DNA of 32,000 nucleotides from Synechocystis sp. PCC 6803 substr. PCC-P (GTDB lineage: Bacteria > Cyanobacteriota > Cyanobacteriia > Cyanobacteriales > Microcystaceae). Under the pieces are notes generated by a model. That model was not told the DNA's origin and ran no database searches. It saw only the letters and a list, made by a program, of their open reading frames with translations. Each line of letters opens with the position of its first letter. The first letter of the stretch is position 1. The DNA is taken from assembly GCF_000284455.1 (NCBI RefSeq), contig NC_017039.1:3030001-3062000 (forward strand), read 5' to 3'. Shown piece after piece: positions 1 to 9,321 of this stretch. The position numbers and the translations under genes are program-made.

Positions 1-2
1 AG

Positions 3-2603
3 TCAGGGATAGTAAAGGCTCTGAGAGGAAAGATTCAGATAGTTCTGGAGATGATAGAGTTGAGACTTTATAAGCAGATTTTAAATGCTTCTCACTCACT
101 GTTCAGTCCCTATCATTATCATCAAGCTTTACAAAACGCTGTTTTGGCAAGTCAACATTTTGAAGAGGTTAGAGCCATGACGGTTTTATCTTTATTCTAT
201 TTGTACTATTCTACGCCATTTTTGAGCCTAGTGCATGGTGATTCAAGTTCTGAAAAAGCAGCTTGGCTCAGTTGTGTTAATACTAACCAAGAAAAGATGC
301 AAAAATAGGCGGAACACGCCCCAATGAATTACTTGCACAAATATCATCTAGTTGAAGCAGAAAAAGCGCGGGTCTTAGGGCAATTCTTTGAGGCTGAAGA
401 GTTTTATGAGCGAGCGATCGCAGGTGCTGCTGAAAATGAGTTTATTCAAGAAGAAGCATTGGCTTATGAATTAGCGGCTAAACATTATCTAGCGCGAGGT
501 CGAGAAAAAATTGCTCGAACTTATATGAAAGAAGCGCACTATTGCTACGATCGCTGGGGCGCAAAAGCTAAAGTTAAAGACTTAGAAAAACGGTATCCAC
601 AATTACTCAATTCCAACTTGATTCGGCAATCAACTTTGACTGAGGGAATGATCAGTCATTCGACCGCCGTGATGAAAGCGGCTCAAGCCCTCTCAGAAAT
701 TATCCATCTTGATCAATTGATTGCCAGGTTACTGTTGATGGCTCAGGCAGCAATTTCACTAGAAAATGCTCGGCTGTATGAACGGCTAGCAAACTATGCC
801 AAAACACTGGAAAGGAAACTAGAAGAGCAAACTCAAGCATTACAGCAGGAGATCATCAATCGCGAACGAACAGAAGACGCATTACGACAAAGTGAAGCGA
901 ATTATCGCAATCTGCTACAAACCGCGAATTCAATCATCATTCGCTATGATCCGCAAGGACGGATTCACTACATCAACGATTATGGGGTAAAACTCCTCGG
1001 CTACAAAGAACATCAAATCTTAGGACGAACCTTATTTGAAACCATCATTCCGGACATCGAAATCTCTGGGCGTGATGTCAAACCTATGGTTCACAATTTA
1101 CTTCGCAACCCTCAATCGTACCCGCAAGGTGAGGGTGAAAACCTGTGTCGAGACGGTCGGCGCGTTTGGGTTGCCTGGTCGAATCAAGCTATTTTCAACG
1201 ATCGGGGAGAGGTGGTTGAAATCTTATCGGTGGGCAATGACACCACTCAGCGTAGACAAGCAGAAGAGGCATTACAACGTAGTGAAGCTAAGTTCCGCAA
1301 CATCTTTGCAAATTCGCAGGTTGGTATCTACCGTAGCCGTATCGGTGATGGCTTAATTCTCGATGCCAATCAACGCTTTGCCGATCTGTTTGGCTTTGAT
1401 TCACCCCAAGAGATGATTGGGATTGAACACACTACAGGCTATTGGGTCAATCTCAGCGATCGCCAACAAGGCATTGAGGTGATAAAGCGGGATGGGGAAG
1501 TGCGAAATTATGAAGCACAGATGCGAAAACGAGATGGGACAGTGTTTTGGGGACTTTTCTCTTCTTATCTGAATGCAGCCGATGACTACATCGAAGGGGT
1601 GATTGCAGATATTAGCGATCGCAAACAGGCAGAAGTCGCGTTGCAAGCCTCTGAAGCGGAACTGCGGGCGCTCTTTTCAGCCATTCCCGATCCGCTATGT
1701 ATCATCAATGCTGAAGGGCGATTGCTCTGCACAATCAAAGGAACTTCATCTTATGGAGAGGAGTGTACTGGCAAAACGCTGCATCAACTTTTTGCCAAAG
1801 AACAAGCTGATGAATTTCTGGATTACATTCAGCAGTCGGTGAGAACTCAACAAGTCCTCACCGTTGAATACAGTGATTGGATCGCTGGACGAGAAGTTTG
1901 GTTTTCGGCTCGCATTGCCCCGATTCGACATGAGCAGGTGATTTGGCTGGCGCGAGATATTACGGCGCAAAAGCAAGCAGAAGCCGCCTCGATTTTAGAA
2001 GAGCGCAACCGCATGGCACGCGAGATTCACGACACACTGGCTCAGGCGTTTACAGGCATTCTGGCTCAGGTGGGAGCGGCAAAGCAGGTGCTAACGGATG
2101 ATGTAGAAGCATCTCAGGCACATCTAGATCTAATCAAAGAATTGGCGCGAACTGGACTGACTGAAGCGCGGCGATCGGTAGTAGCGCTCCGCCCTCAGCT
2201 TTTGGAGGGGGGCAGTTTACAAAGCGCTCTCCATCATCTCGTCGCTCAAATCAGAACTGCCGCAATGGATACCACTTTGTATTGTGAGGTCAAGGGGACA
2301 GCCTATGCTCTATCAACTGAAGTCGAAAGTAACCTACTGCGGATTGGGCAGGAATCGTTAACTAATGCAATTAAACACGCCAATGCTGACGAAATCCGAG
2401 TGCAGCTAGTCTACGATTGTGATCGATTCTGCTTGCGCGTGAAAGATAATGGACAGGGATTTGGAGTTGGTAGTATTCCAGCCTCTGAGGGCTTTGGCTT
2501 ACTCGGCATGAGCGAGCGAGCAGAGCGCATCGGCGCACAACTAACCATTAGGAGTCAACCTGGACAGGGAACAGAGATTATTGTCACCGTCATTCGGGAG
2601 TAA
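3..2603 (+). pseudogene. C-terminal part of multidomain sensor kinase (TPR/coiled helical region, degenerate GAF, three PAS domains, HisKA_3/HATPase), truncated at window left edge and interrupted by an in-frame TAG at 306-308
   Basis: ORFs 51-308 and 324-2603 are in the same frame, separated only by TAG gcg gaa cac gcc cca (…EKMQK*AEHAPMNYLHKYHLVEAEKARVLG…). PAS-like repeats (SEANYRNLLQTANSIIIRYD…, SEAKFRNIFANSQVGIYR…, SEAELRALFSAIPDPLCIIN…), EERNRMAREIHDTLAQ H-box, and DNGQGFG / GFGLLGMSERAERIG ATPase boxes. Frame is open back to the window edge. Confidence 0.8.
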
Positions 2604-2610
2604 AATCACG

Positions 2611-3240
2611 ATGAGCCAAGCCACGACTATTCGGGTTTTGATTGCGGACGACCATGCTATTTTTCGGCAAGGATTAGCCACGATTATTAACCGTGACCCA
2701 GATATGCAGGTGATTGCCCAAGCCGAAAATGGGGAACAAGCAATCGCGCTATTTGAGGAACACCAACCAGATGTAACGCTAATGGATCTGCGAATGCCTG
2801 AAGTGGAAGGAGTTGCTGCTATCAGTGCAATTTGTGCGATCGTTAAATTTGCTCGAATTATTGTCCTGACCACGTATGATAGTGACGAAGATATTTATCG
2901 GGGATTGCAGGCAGGAGCAAAAGGATATCTGTTGAAAGAAACTGAACCTGACGAGCTTCTGAATGCGATTCGCACCGTTCATCGGGGTCAGAAGTATATT
3001 CCGCCCGATGTAGGAGCAAAGTTAGTTCAACGTCTCAGCAATCCGGAACTGAGTGAAAGAGAACTAGAAGTACTCGGCTCACTGGCGCAGGGCATGAGTA
3101 ATGCCGATATTGCGACCGCTTTAAGTATCGGTGAAGGTACTGTTAAATCCCATGTCAATCGGATTTTGAATAAGTTGGATGTCGGCGATCGCACCCAAGC
3201 TGTGATTGTTGCCGTTAAACGCGGCATTGTCAGTTTGTAA
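2611..3240 (+). CDS. NarL/FixJ-family response regulator (REC + LuxR HTH)
   Basis: RVLIADDHAIFRQGLATII, DVTLMDLRMPEVEG, LKETEPDELLNAI, C-terminal LSERELEVLGSLAQGMSNADIATALSIGEGTVKSHVNRILNKL. ATG at 2611 preferred over the TTG at 2581. Starts 8 bp after the kinase stop. Confidence 0.93.
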   Translation: MSQATTIRVLIADDHAIFRQGLATIINRDPDMQVIAQAENGEQAIALFEEHQPDVTLMDLRMPEVEGVAAISAICAIVKFARIIVLTTYDSDEDIYRGLQAGAKGYLLKETEPDELLNAIRTVHRGQKYIPPDVGAKLVQRLSNPELSERELEVLGSLAQGMSNADIATALSIGEGTVKSHVNRILNKLDVGDRTQAVIVAVKRGIVSL

Positions 3241-3461
3241 GGTGTACTTTCGATCAGACTAGGATTCTAACTTAAGTTATAACCAGCCTTTTACTCTACG
3301 ATGGCATGGTTGCTCCATCAATTTATACTATAAAAATTTTAACTTGCTGTAGAAGACGGTTTGAAGGCGATTGCCTATATTGAATTTATGCAAATAGAGA
3401 CGCAGTCAAGTAATCGAGCAAGTTAATTGCAAGGTTTCATGTCTGATATAGATGTAGAAAA

Positions 3462-4019
3462 ATGAGCAAAGATCGCAACCACGGTTCCTTACTTGTACCA
3501 CCTTCAACCCAAGATTGGATGCAAGGTGTGCTGAGTGCCAAGGTCGTACTGGTGATGTATGGAGATTACCAAGACTCCAGAAGTGCGGATGTTTACAAGC
3601 TGATTAAAGTCATCAAACGAGAGCTTAGTGCTTCTTTTGGAGAGGATTATTCATGCTTTATCTTCCGTCATTTTCCGCAAGTACAGATCCATCCTCATGC
3701 TCAACGAGCCGCCCAAGCTGCCGAAGCCGCTGCTGCCCAAGGACAGTTTTGGTTAATGAATGATACCTTATTTGACCATCAACAAAGGTTGGAGAATGGT
3801 TATCTTGTCGAGTACGCCAATGATTTAGGACTTGATATTCCTCAATTTCTCAAAGAGTTGGCTAAACAAGTGCACGTTGATCGCATCAAGAAAGATATTG
3901 AAGGCGGTTTACAAAGTGGAGTGATGGCTGTTCCAGCACTTTTTGTTAATGGAATTCTCTATCGCGATTGCTGGAATATTAAACAGTTGATCGCAACCAT
4001 TATTGCTTCAAGTTACTAG
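3462..4019 (+). CDS. DsbA/thioredoxin-fold family protein lacking the catalytic CxxC
   Basis: VVLVMYGDYQDSRSADVYKLIKVI… FRHFPQVQIHPHAQRAAQAAEAAAAQGQFWLMNDTLFDHQ… GVMAVPALFVNGILY (cis-Pro region) matches the DsbA-like thioredoxin fold, but the usual CPYC position reads DSRS. Confidence 0.75.
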   Translation: MSKDRNHGSLLVPPSTQDWMQGVLSAKVVLVMYGDYQDSRSADVYKLIKVIKRELSASFGEDYSCFIFRHFPQVQIHPHAQRAAQAAEAAAAQGQFWLMNDTLFDHQQRLENGYLVEYANDLGLDIPQFLKELAKQVHVDRIKKDIEGGLQSGVMAVPALFVNGILYRDCWNIKQLIATIIASSY

Positions 4020-4061
4020 TCTCCCCAATCTTTGCCTCCAATTCATACTTAGGAAATTCCA

Positions 4062-4892
4062 ATGCCTTACGTTACTGTTGGTCAAGAAAATTCTGCAACC
4101 ATTGATATCTATTACGAAGATCTTGGGGCCGGTCAACCCATTGTTCTGATTCATGGATTTCCCCTCAACGGCGATTCCTGGGAAAAGCAGGTCTTGGTGC
4201 TCCTAAATGCAGGGTATCGAGTGATTACCTACGATCGCCGAGGATTTGGTGCTTCCAGTCAGCCCTCATCTGGCTATGACTACGATACCTTCGCCGCCGA
4301 TTTGCATACACTCATGACCAAGCTTGACTTGCAAAATACTGTGCTGGTCGGTTTTTCAATGGGAACAGGTGAAGTCACACGTTATCTTGGCAAATACGGC
4401 TCAGAGCGGGTGCAGAAAGCTGTGTTGATGGCTCCAGTACCGCCCTTTCTGTTAAAAACAAACGACAATCCTGAAGGCGTTGACCAAAGCGTTTTCGATG
4501 GCATTATGAAAGCGATTGTTGACGATCGTCCAGCTTATTTCTCTGCCTTTTTCAAAGAGTTCTTCAATGTTGATGTGCTGCTGGGTGAGCGCATCAGCAA
4601 TGAAGCAATTCAAGCCAGTTGGAATGTAGCAGCAGGGGCTTCTGCTAAAGGGACTTTGGACTGTGTACCATCCTGGCTCACCGATTTTCGTGATGATCTG
4701 CCCCGCATTGACGTGCCGACTCTGATTATCCATGGCGATGCAGATCGCATTTTGCCCCTGGAGTCCACCGCTGCAAGACTGCCAAAGCGGATTAAAAACA
4801 GTCAGCTTGAGATTATCCCTGGCGGACCGCACGCCATCAACTGGACTCATGCTGATCAGGTAAATCCCCTGTTATTGAACTTTCTTCAGTAG
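4062..4892 (+). CDS. alpha/beta hydrolase, non-heme chloroperoxidase/esterase-like
   Basis: VLIHGFPLNGDSWEKQ, nucleophile elbow GFSMG, LIIHGDADRILPLE, GGPHAINWTHAD. Confidence 0.88.
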   Translation: MPYVTVGQENSATIDIYYEDLGAGQPIVLIHGFPLNGDSWEKQVLVLLNAGYRVITYDRRGFGASSQPSSGYDYDTFAADLHTLMTKLDLQNTVLVGFSMGTGEVTRYLGKYGSERVQKAVLMAPVPPFLLKTNDNPEGVDQSVFDGIMKAIVDDRPAYFSAFFKEFFNVDVLLGERISNEAIQASWNVAAGASAKGTLDCVPSWLTDFRDDLPRIDVPTLIIHGDADRILPLESTAARLPKRIKNSQLEIIPGGPHAINWTHADQVNPLLLNFLQ

Positions 4893-5137
4893 GAATAATC
4901 AACTACTACATTTCTGACTTACGGGAGAACTCTGTGATTCATCCATTGAATCAGGCTCACGTTAGTCTAGATGGAGTTTTGTAAATCAACAAGTTGAGTT
5001 CTGAGGACAAAAATGTTGGCGGTGCAATCGCATCTTTACTTACTGAAGATAATTGCTGAGTAAATGCTCAGAGAATTTAAGTCTTTAGCGGCATATTTCT
5101 TTAATTCACCCTCACTAAAACACAAGGAAAACTCACC

Positions 5138-5872
5138 ATGTTAAATATAGAAAATAAAGTAATTGTCATCACTGGAGCCAGTAGCGGTATTGGTGAAGCC
5201 ACCGCGAAACTGCTCGCCCAAAATGGTGCAAAAGTTGTTTTGGGGGGACGGCGGATAGACAAGCTAGAGAAGCTAATTAAACAGATTCATGCATCTGGTG
5301 GGACAGCAGAATTTAAAACGGTTGATGTCACCGATCGCCACGATGTAAAAGCATTTGTTGAGTTCGCCAACGACAAATTTGGCCGTGTCGATGTCATCTT
5401 TAACAATGCTGGCGTGATGCCCCTGTCGCCGATGAATGCCCTGAAAGTCGAGGAATGGGACAACATGATTAATGTGAATATTCGTGGCGTGCTTAATGGC
5501 ATTGCAGCGGGCTTGCCAATTATGGAAGCGCAAGGGGGCGGGCAAATCATCAATACTGCCTCCATTGGTGCCCATGTGGTAGTGCCCACTGCAGCAGTTT
5601 ACTGTGCAACCAAGTATGCGGTTTGGGCAATTTCTGAAGGACTGCGGCAGGAATCACAAAACATCCGCGTCACCACCATCTCTCCGGGAGTCGTTGCCAC
5701 TGAACTTGGCTCTGATATCACCGATGAGTCATCCAAAGGCTTGTTAGAAGAACTTCGCAAAACCGCCCTTACCTCAGAGGCGATCGCCAGAGCCGTTTTA
5801 TACGCTGTTTCCCAGCCGGACGATGTTGACGTCAATGAAATCATAGTCCGACCGACGGCCAGTACGTTTTGA
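5138..5872 (+). CDS. short-chain dehydrogenase/reductase (SDR)
   Basis: VIVITGASSGIGEATAKLLA, NNAGVMPLSP, YCATKYAV (YxxxK), RVTTISPGVVATELG. Confidence 0.93.
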   Translation: MLNIENKVIVITGASSGIGEATAKLLAQNGAKVVLGGRRIDKLEKLIKQIHASGGTAEFKTVDVTDRHDVKAFVEFANDKFGRVDVIFNNAGVMPLSPMNALKVEEWDNMINVNIRGVLNGIAAGLPIMEAQGGGQIINTASIGAHVVVPTAAVYCATKYAVWAISEGLRQESQNIRVTTISPGVVATELGSDITDESSKGLLEELRKTALTSEAIARAVLYAVSQPDDVDVNEIIVRPTASTF

Positions 5873-5927
5873 AGAGAATCAATCAAAGCATAGGAGCGTT
5901 ATCACCAACACAAAGGACATTGTTGTA

Positions 5928-6182
5928 ATGAAACCATTTCATCTTTTAGCTGTTATGGCGCTTATTCTCACGGTAGGCTGTAACGCTGTCGGACAAACTT
6001 CTGTTCACAATGAAACATCAGCACCAAGTAAAAAGAGCGAAGTTGCACTGGTTACAGAGGGTTCACGCGGGTTAGGAGCGGCGATCGCCACTGCCGAGAT
6101 CTTCTGCTGTTATCGTTCCCGTTGTTTTCAACTTGCTTACAATCCCGACGATGGTAGTTGCTGGCATGAGCTAATAGGATAG
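5928..6182 (+). pseudogene. lipoprotein-type signal peptide joined to a truncated SDR N-terminus (likely remnant)
   Basis: MKPFHLLAVMALILTVGCNAVG (lipobox-like) followed by SEVALVTEGSRGLGAAIAT (degenerate TGxxxGxG Rossmann motif), then no further SDR sequence before the stop at 6182. Confidence 0.5.
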
Positions 6183-6202
6183 ATCATCTGGAGATTAAAC
6201 CA

Positions 6203-6994
6203 ATGGCAATTCTGAAACAATTAGGGATTTTATTTGGATTGGGCATTGTGGGAATTGTGATGTTCACGATCACATCTATTCCTTTAGTCGAGCAACAGTT
6301 AGCGAAACTGTCTCCAGAAATACTGGAAAAAGTGCCGCCATTGTGGATTTTAATGCTTCTGCAAGGAATACAGTATTCAATTCTGCTGACAATCAGCATT
6401 CTGATCGGAATTGGCTGTGCCTATCGTGTTGGATTAAGCTCCCATTTGATTGATCATTGGGTGTTTCATACTGCTAAGTCTCCATCTTTTGCTGTTGAGA
6501 TGAAGTGGAGTCTGGGTATCGGTGCAGTGGCGGCCATTGTTATCTTGTTGCTTGATCGGTTGATGCAACCTGCCCTACCTGAAACGCTACGGGCAGCAAA
6601 TAATACAGAACCAAATTGGTTGAATTTGCTCACAGCAATGTTCTATGGTGGCATCACTGAGGAAATTCTGATGCGCTGGGGCTTAATGTCGCTGCTTGTT
6701 TGGATAGCGTGGAAAGCCTTCAAACAAGGCACTACATTGCCCAGTCAAGGAATTTACCAGGGCGCGATCGTTCTAGCTGCGTTGGTATTTGGACTACTAC
6801 ACTTGCCCGCGACTGCCGCGATCGTTCCCCTCACTCCACTTGTGATTATTCGGGCGTTGTTACTGAATGGGATTGTGGGAATCGCGTTTGGCTGGCTCTT
6901 TTGGCAATATTCGCTAGAGGCTGCAATGTTAGCCCATATCAGCTTTCATGTTTTTACCCCTATTCTTAGCGGTTTACTGGCAAGGTTGGCTTAA
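6203..6994 (+). CDS. CPBP-family intramembrane glutamic endopeptidase (Abi/CAAX-like)
   Basis: Multi-spanning protein with GGITEEILMRWGLMSLLVW, FGLLHLPAT and HISFHVFTPILSG, matching the EExxxR / FxxxH / H motif pattern. Confidence 0.85.
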   Translation: MAILKQLGILFGLGIVGIVMFTITSIPLVEQQLAKLSPEILEKVPPLWILMLLQGIQYSILLTISILIGIGCAYRVGLSSHLIDHWVFHTAKSPSFAVEMKWSLGIGAVAAIVILLLDRLMQPALPETLRAANNTEPNWLNLLTAMFYGGITEEILMRWGLMSLLVWIAWKAFKQGTTLPSQGIYQGAIVLAALVFGLLHLPATAAIVPLTPLVIIRALLLNGIVGIAFGWLFWQYSLEAAMLAHISFHVFTPILSGLLARLA

Positions 6995-7125
6995 GTTCTG
7001 AAATAGATCTCATAGAGCTATCACTGCCCACAAAGCTTTACCGTGAAAGGTTTTACAAAGAAAAGCTTTAAAGATGGTGAGCGATGCCCACTACTTGAAT
7101 TGATGCTCAACTCTACAGTTTTAAG

Positions 7126-7425
7126 ATGGCGAATCAAATGATTCAATACAAAGATTTTGCGCCTCGGATCACTGAACGGGGACCCTTCGGCGGACCTTCC
7201 GAGTATGAATCTTTCTTGGAGGTTGTTAGGGAGGTCAATCAGTGGATTGCAAGTACGAGTATAAGGATAATCAACGCTGAAACTATTGTTCTACCAGATA
7301 GCTTGAAAAGCACAAGTGATGGTGTCTACGGCGTGACGGTCAGTAATGGAGTTTATCCAGTGATGATTAGCCAGGGCGTTACAGTCAACTACTTTCAATG
7401 TGTGCGTGTGTGGTACAGAGAATGA
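7126..7425 (+). CDS. hypothetical protein (99 aa)
   Basis: Clean ORF MANQMIQYKDFAPRITERGPFGG… with no competing frame; no family recognised. Confidence 0.5.
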   Translation: MANQMIQYKDFAPRITERGPFGGPSEYESFLEVVREVNQWIASTSIRIINAETIVLPDSLKSTSDGVYGVTVSNGVYPVMISQGVTVNYFQCVRVWYRE

Positions 7426-7685
7426 GCTTCACCGGAGAACAAATAATGAAACGATTCACTCACTTTCCTGTACCTCGCACTGGAAGTCTGTCTGACAGCG
7501 ATCGCGCTTGGATACCTAAATCTGCCTTCGGGTCTTCAAACCAGCCTATTCATCGTCGTTAATCCTGATCCCATTGCGACTGACTTTATCCAATAGCAAT
7601 ATTCCTGTACGAAACGTTAATTTGAGTCTTTAAGTCTTCATTTTTTAGTCAAAATTTACTACAACACCCCATCAGGAGGTTTCCA

Positions 7686-8549
7686 ATGAACCGGAAGATT
7701 TTAGTAACTGGTGCAACCGGGAGCAACGGTACGGAGATTGTCAAGCGACTCGCAGCAAAGAACGTGCAAGTCCGCGCCATGGTTCGTGACTTTGATCGAG
7801 CAAAGAAGATTGCATTCCCGAATGTTGAAGTGGTGGAGGGGAACTTTGATCGCCCTGAGACGCTGTTGGAGGCGCTGGCTGAAGTAGACCGTGCCTTTCT
7901 CTTAACGAACTCTACAGAACGCGCAGAAGCCCAACAACTCGCGTTTGTTGATGCCGCTCGTCAGAATGGTGTCAAGCATATCGTTAAACTATCGCAATTT
8001 GCAGCCGATGCCCATTCGCCCGTGCGCTTTTTGCGTTACCATGCCGCAGTCGAAGCGGCAATTCAAGGATCAGGAATGACGTACACGTTTCTGCGTCCCA
8101 ACCTCTTTATGCAGGGCTTATTAAACTTTCAATCGACAATCACGAGCCAAAACGCCTTTTATGCGGCGATCAGTGATGCAAAAGTCAGCGTGGTAGATGT
8201 GCGCGATATTGCGGACGTTGCAGTAGTTGCCCTAACAGAAACAGAACATGAGGGAAAGATTTACAACCTCACCGGACCACAGGCATTGACTCATGCTGAG
8301 ATGGCAGAACAACTCTCGGCTGCGCTCAATCGTCAGATTGCATTTGTCGATATTCCTTCTGAAGTAATGCGCGATCAACTGCTCAACATTGGGATGCCAC
8401 CTTGGCAAGCAGACGGCGTGATTGAGGATTATGCGCACTACCGACGCAATGAGGCTGCAGCAGTTTCGTCTGGTATACAGGACGCAATTGGTAAAGAGCC
8501 GCGCAGTTTTAATACATTCGCCTGTGACTACGCAGCAATGTTTGGCTAG
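7686..8549 (+). CDS. NmrA-like NAD(P)-binding / quinone oxidoreductase family protein
   Basis: KILVTGATGSNGTEIVKRLAAKNVQVRAMVRD…, YHAAVEAAIQGSGMTYTFLRPNLFMQ, DVRDIADVAVVAL. Purine-rich RBS (aggagg) just upstream. Confidence 0.92.
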   Translation: MNRKILVTGATGSNGTEIVKRLAAKNVQVRAMVRDFDRAKKIAFPNVEVVEGNFDRPETLLEALAEVDRAFLLTNSTERAEAQQLAFVDAARQNGVKHIVKLSQFAADAHSPVRFLRYHAAVEAAIQGSGMTYTFLRPNLFMQGLLNFQSTITSQNAFYAAISDAKVSVVDVRDIADVAVVALTETEHEGKIYNLTGPQALTHAEMAEQLSAALNRQIAFVDIPSEVMRDQLLNIGMPPWQADGVIEDYAHYRRNEAAAVSSGIQDAIGKEPRSFNTFACDYAAMFG

Positions 8550-8841
8550 ACGAAGCCCAATCAGCCTAGGCCGAATAGTACAGATATAGAGTTGAAGTGC
8601 AACTCTGGGGTAAACATTATGATGGTGCAGCATGAAAAACAAGATGAAACAGGACAGTTGGCGATCGCGCCGCGCCTATGGCTCTGGTGGACATTGGCTA
8701 CTACAATTGCAGGGGCGAAGGAGAAAAGCATTGCGCTGCAAACAGAAGATGCGATTGCTACATCCTCTAGTCAGTCGCCCTAGCGCCAAACCTAAGGATT
8801 TAGAAGCCCCTATCGATCATCGTACTGAACAGAGAAAAACC

Positions 8842-9243
8842 ATGAATAAGCCTGAGTTTTTTGTTACCCCCGGCTATGGGGAATACATGCTGAATGAATT
8901 GCATTACTCGCAAGCAGTAAAAATTGGCGATCGTGTGGAGACATCAGGTCAAGGTGGTTGGGATGACAACCTGCAAATTCCCGAGTTGCTCGCAGATGAG
9001 ATTGCCCAGGCATTTCAAAATATAGAGCGAACCCTGGCGGCTGCCGGGGCAGGTTGGGAGCACGTTGTCCATGTCAATTCTTATCATGTTGGTGGGTTGC
9101 CCCCAGAGGTGAACGATGTGATGGTCAGGCTATATCGCCATTACATGCCTAACCATGCCCCAATTTGGACACAGGTAGGAGTTGCAGCACTAGGGCTGCC
9201 GACAATGCGGATTGAGATCCGGGTTACCGCAATTGTCCCATGA
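8842..9243 (+). CDS. Rid family (YjgF/YER057c/UK114) protein
   Basis: YSQAVKIGDRVETSGQGGWDD… AFQNIERTLAAAGAGWEHVVHVNSYHV… PIWTQVGVAALGLPTMRIEIRVTAI. ATG 8842 preferred over the ORF-track start at 8632. Confidence 0.85.
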   Translation: MNKPEFFVTPGYGEYMLNELHYSQAVKIGDRVETSGQGGWDDNLQIPELLADEIAQAFQNIERTLAAAGAGWEHVVHVNSYHVGGLPPEVNDVMVRLYRHYMPNHAPIWTQVGVAALGLPTMRIEIRVTAIVP

Positions 9244-9321
9244 GTTTTGCGTGGGCGGCGCTGTCGCTAGTGCTGCTACCTACACGTAGAACAAAAACTT
9301 TTACCGCAGCAACATGGCATT

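Noticed and set aside
1036-1356. 106-aa plus-strand ORF inside the sensor kinase
   Set aside because: Alternate frame of the PAS region; no recognisable protein features.
2541-2873. 110-aa minus-strand ORF (and 2779-2982, 3027-3227 minus)
   Set aside because: Antisense shadow ORFs of the kinase 3' end and response regulator, which have strong domain evidence.
4452-4850. 132-aa minus-strand ORF
   Set aside because: Antisense to the alpha/beta hydrolase; composition typical of a shadow frame.
5273-5886. Minus-strand ORFs overlapping the SDR gene
   Set aside because: Shadow frames of a well-supported SDR CDS.
8232-8783. ORFs 8232-8642 (-) and 8592-8783 (+)
   Set aside because: The first is antisense to the NmrA-like gene; the second (GQLAIAPRLWLWWTLATTIAGA…) could be a membrane-protein remnant but is too short to support.
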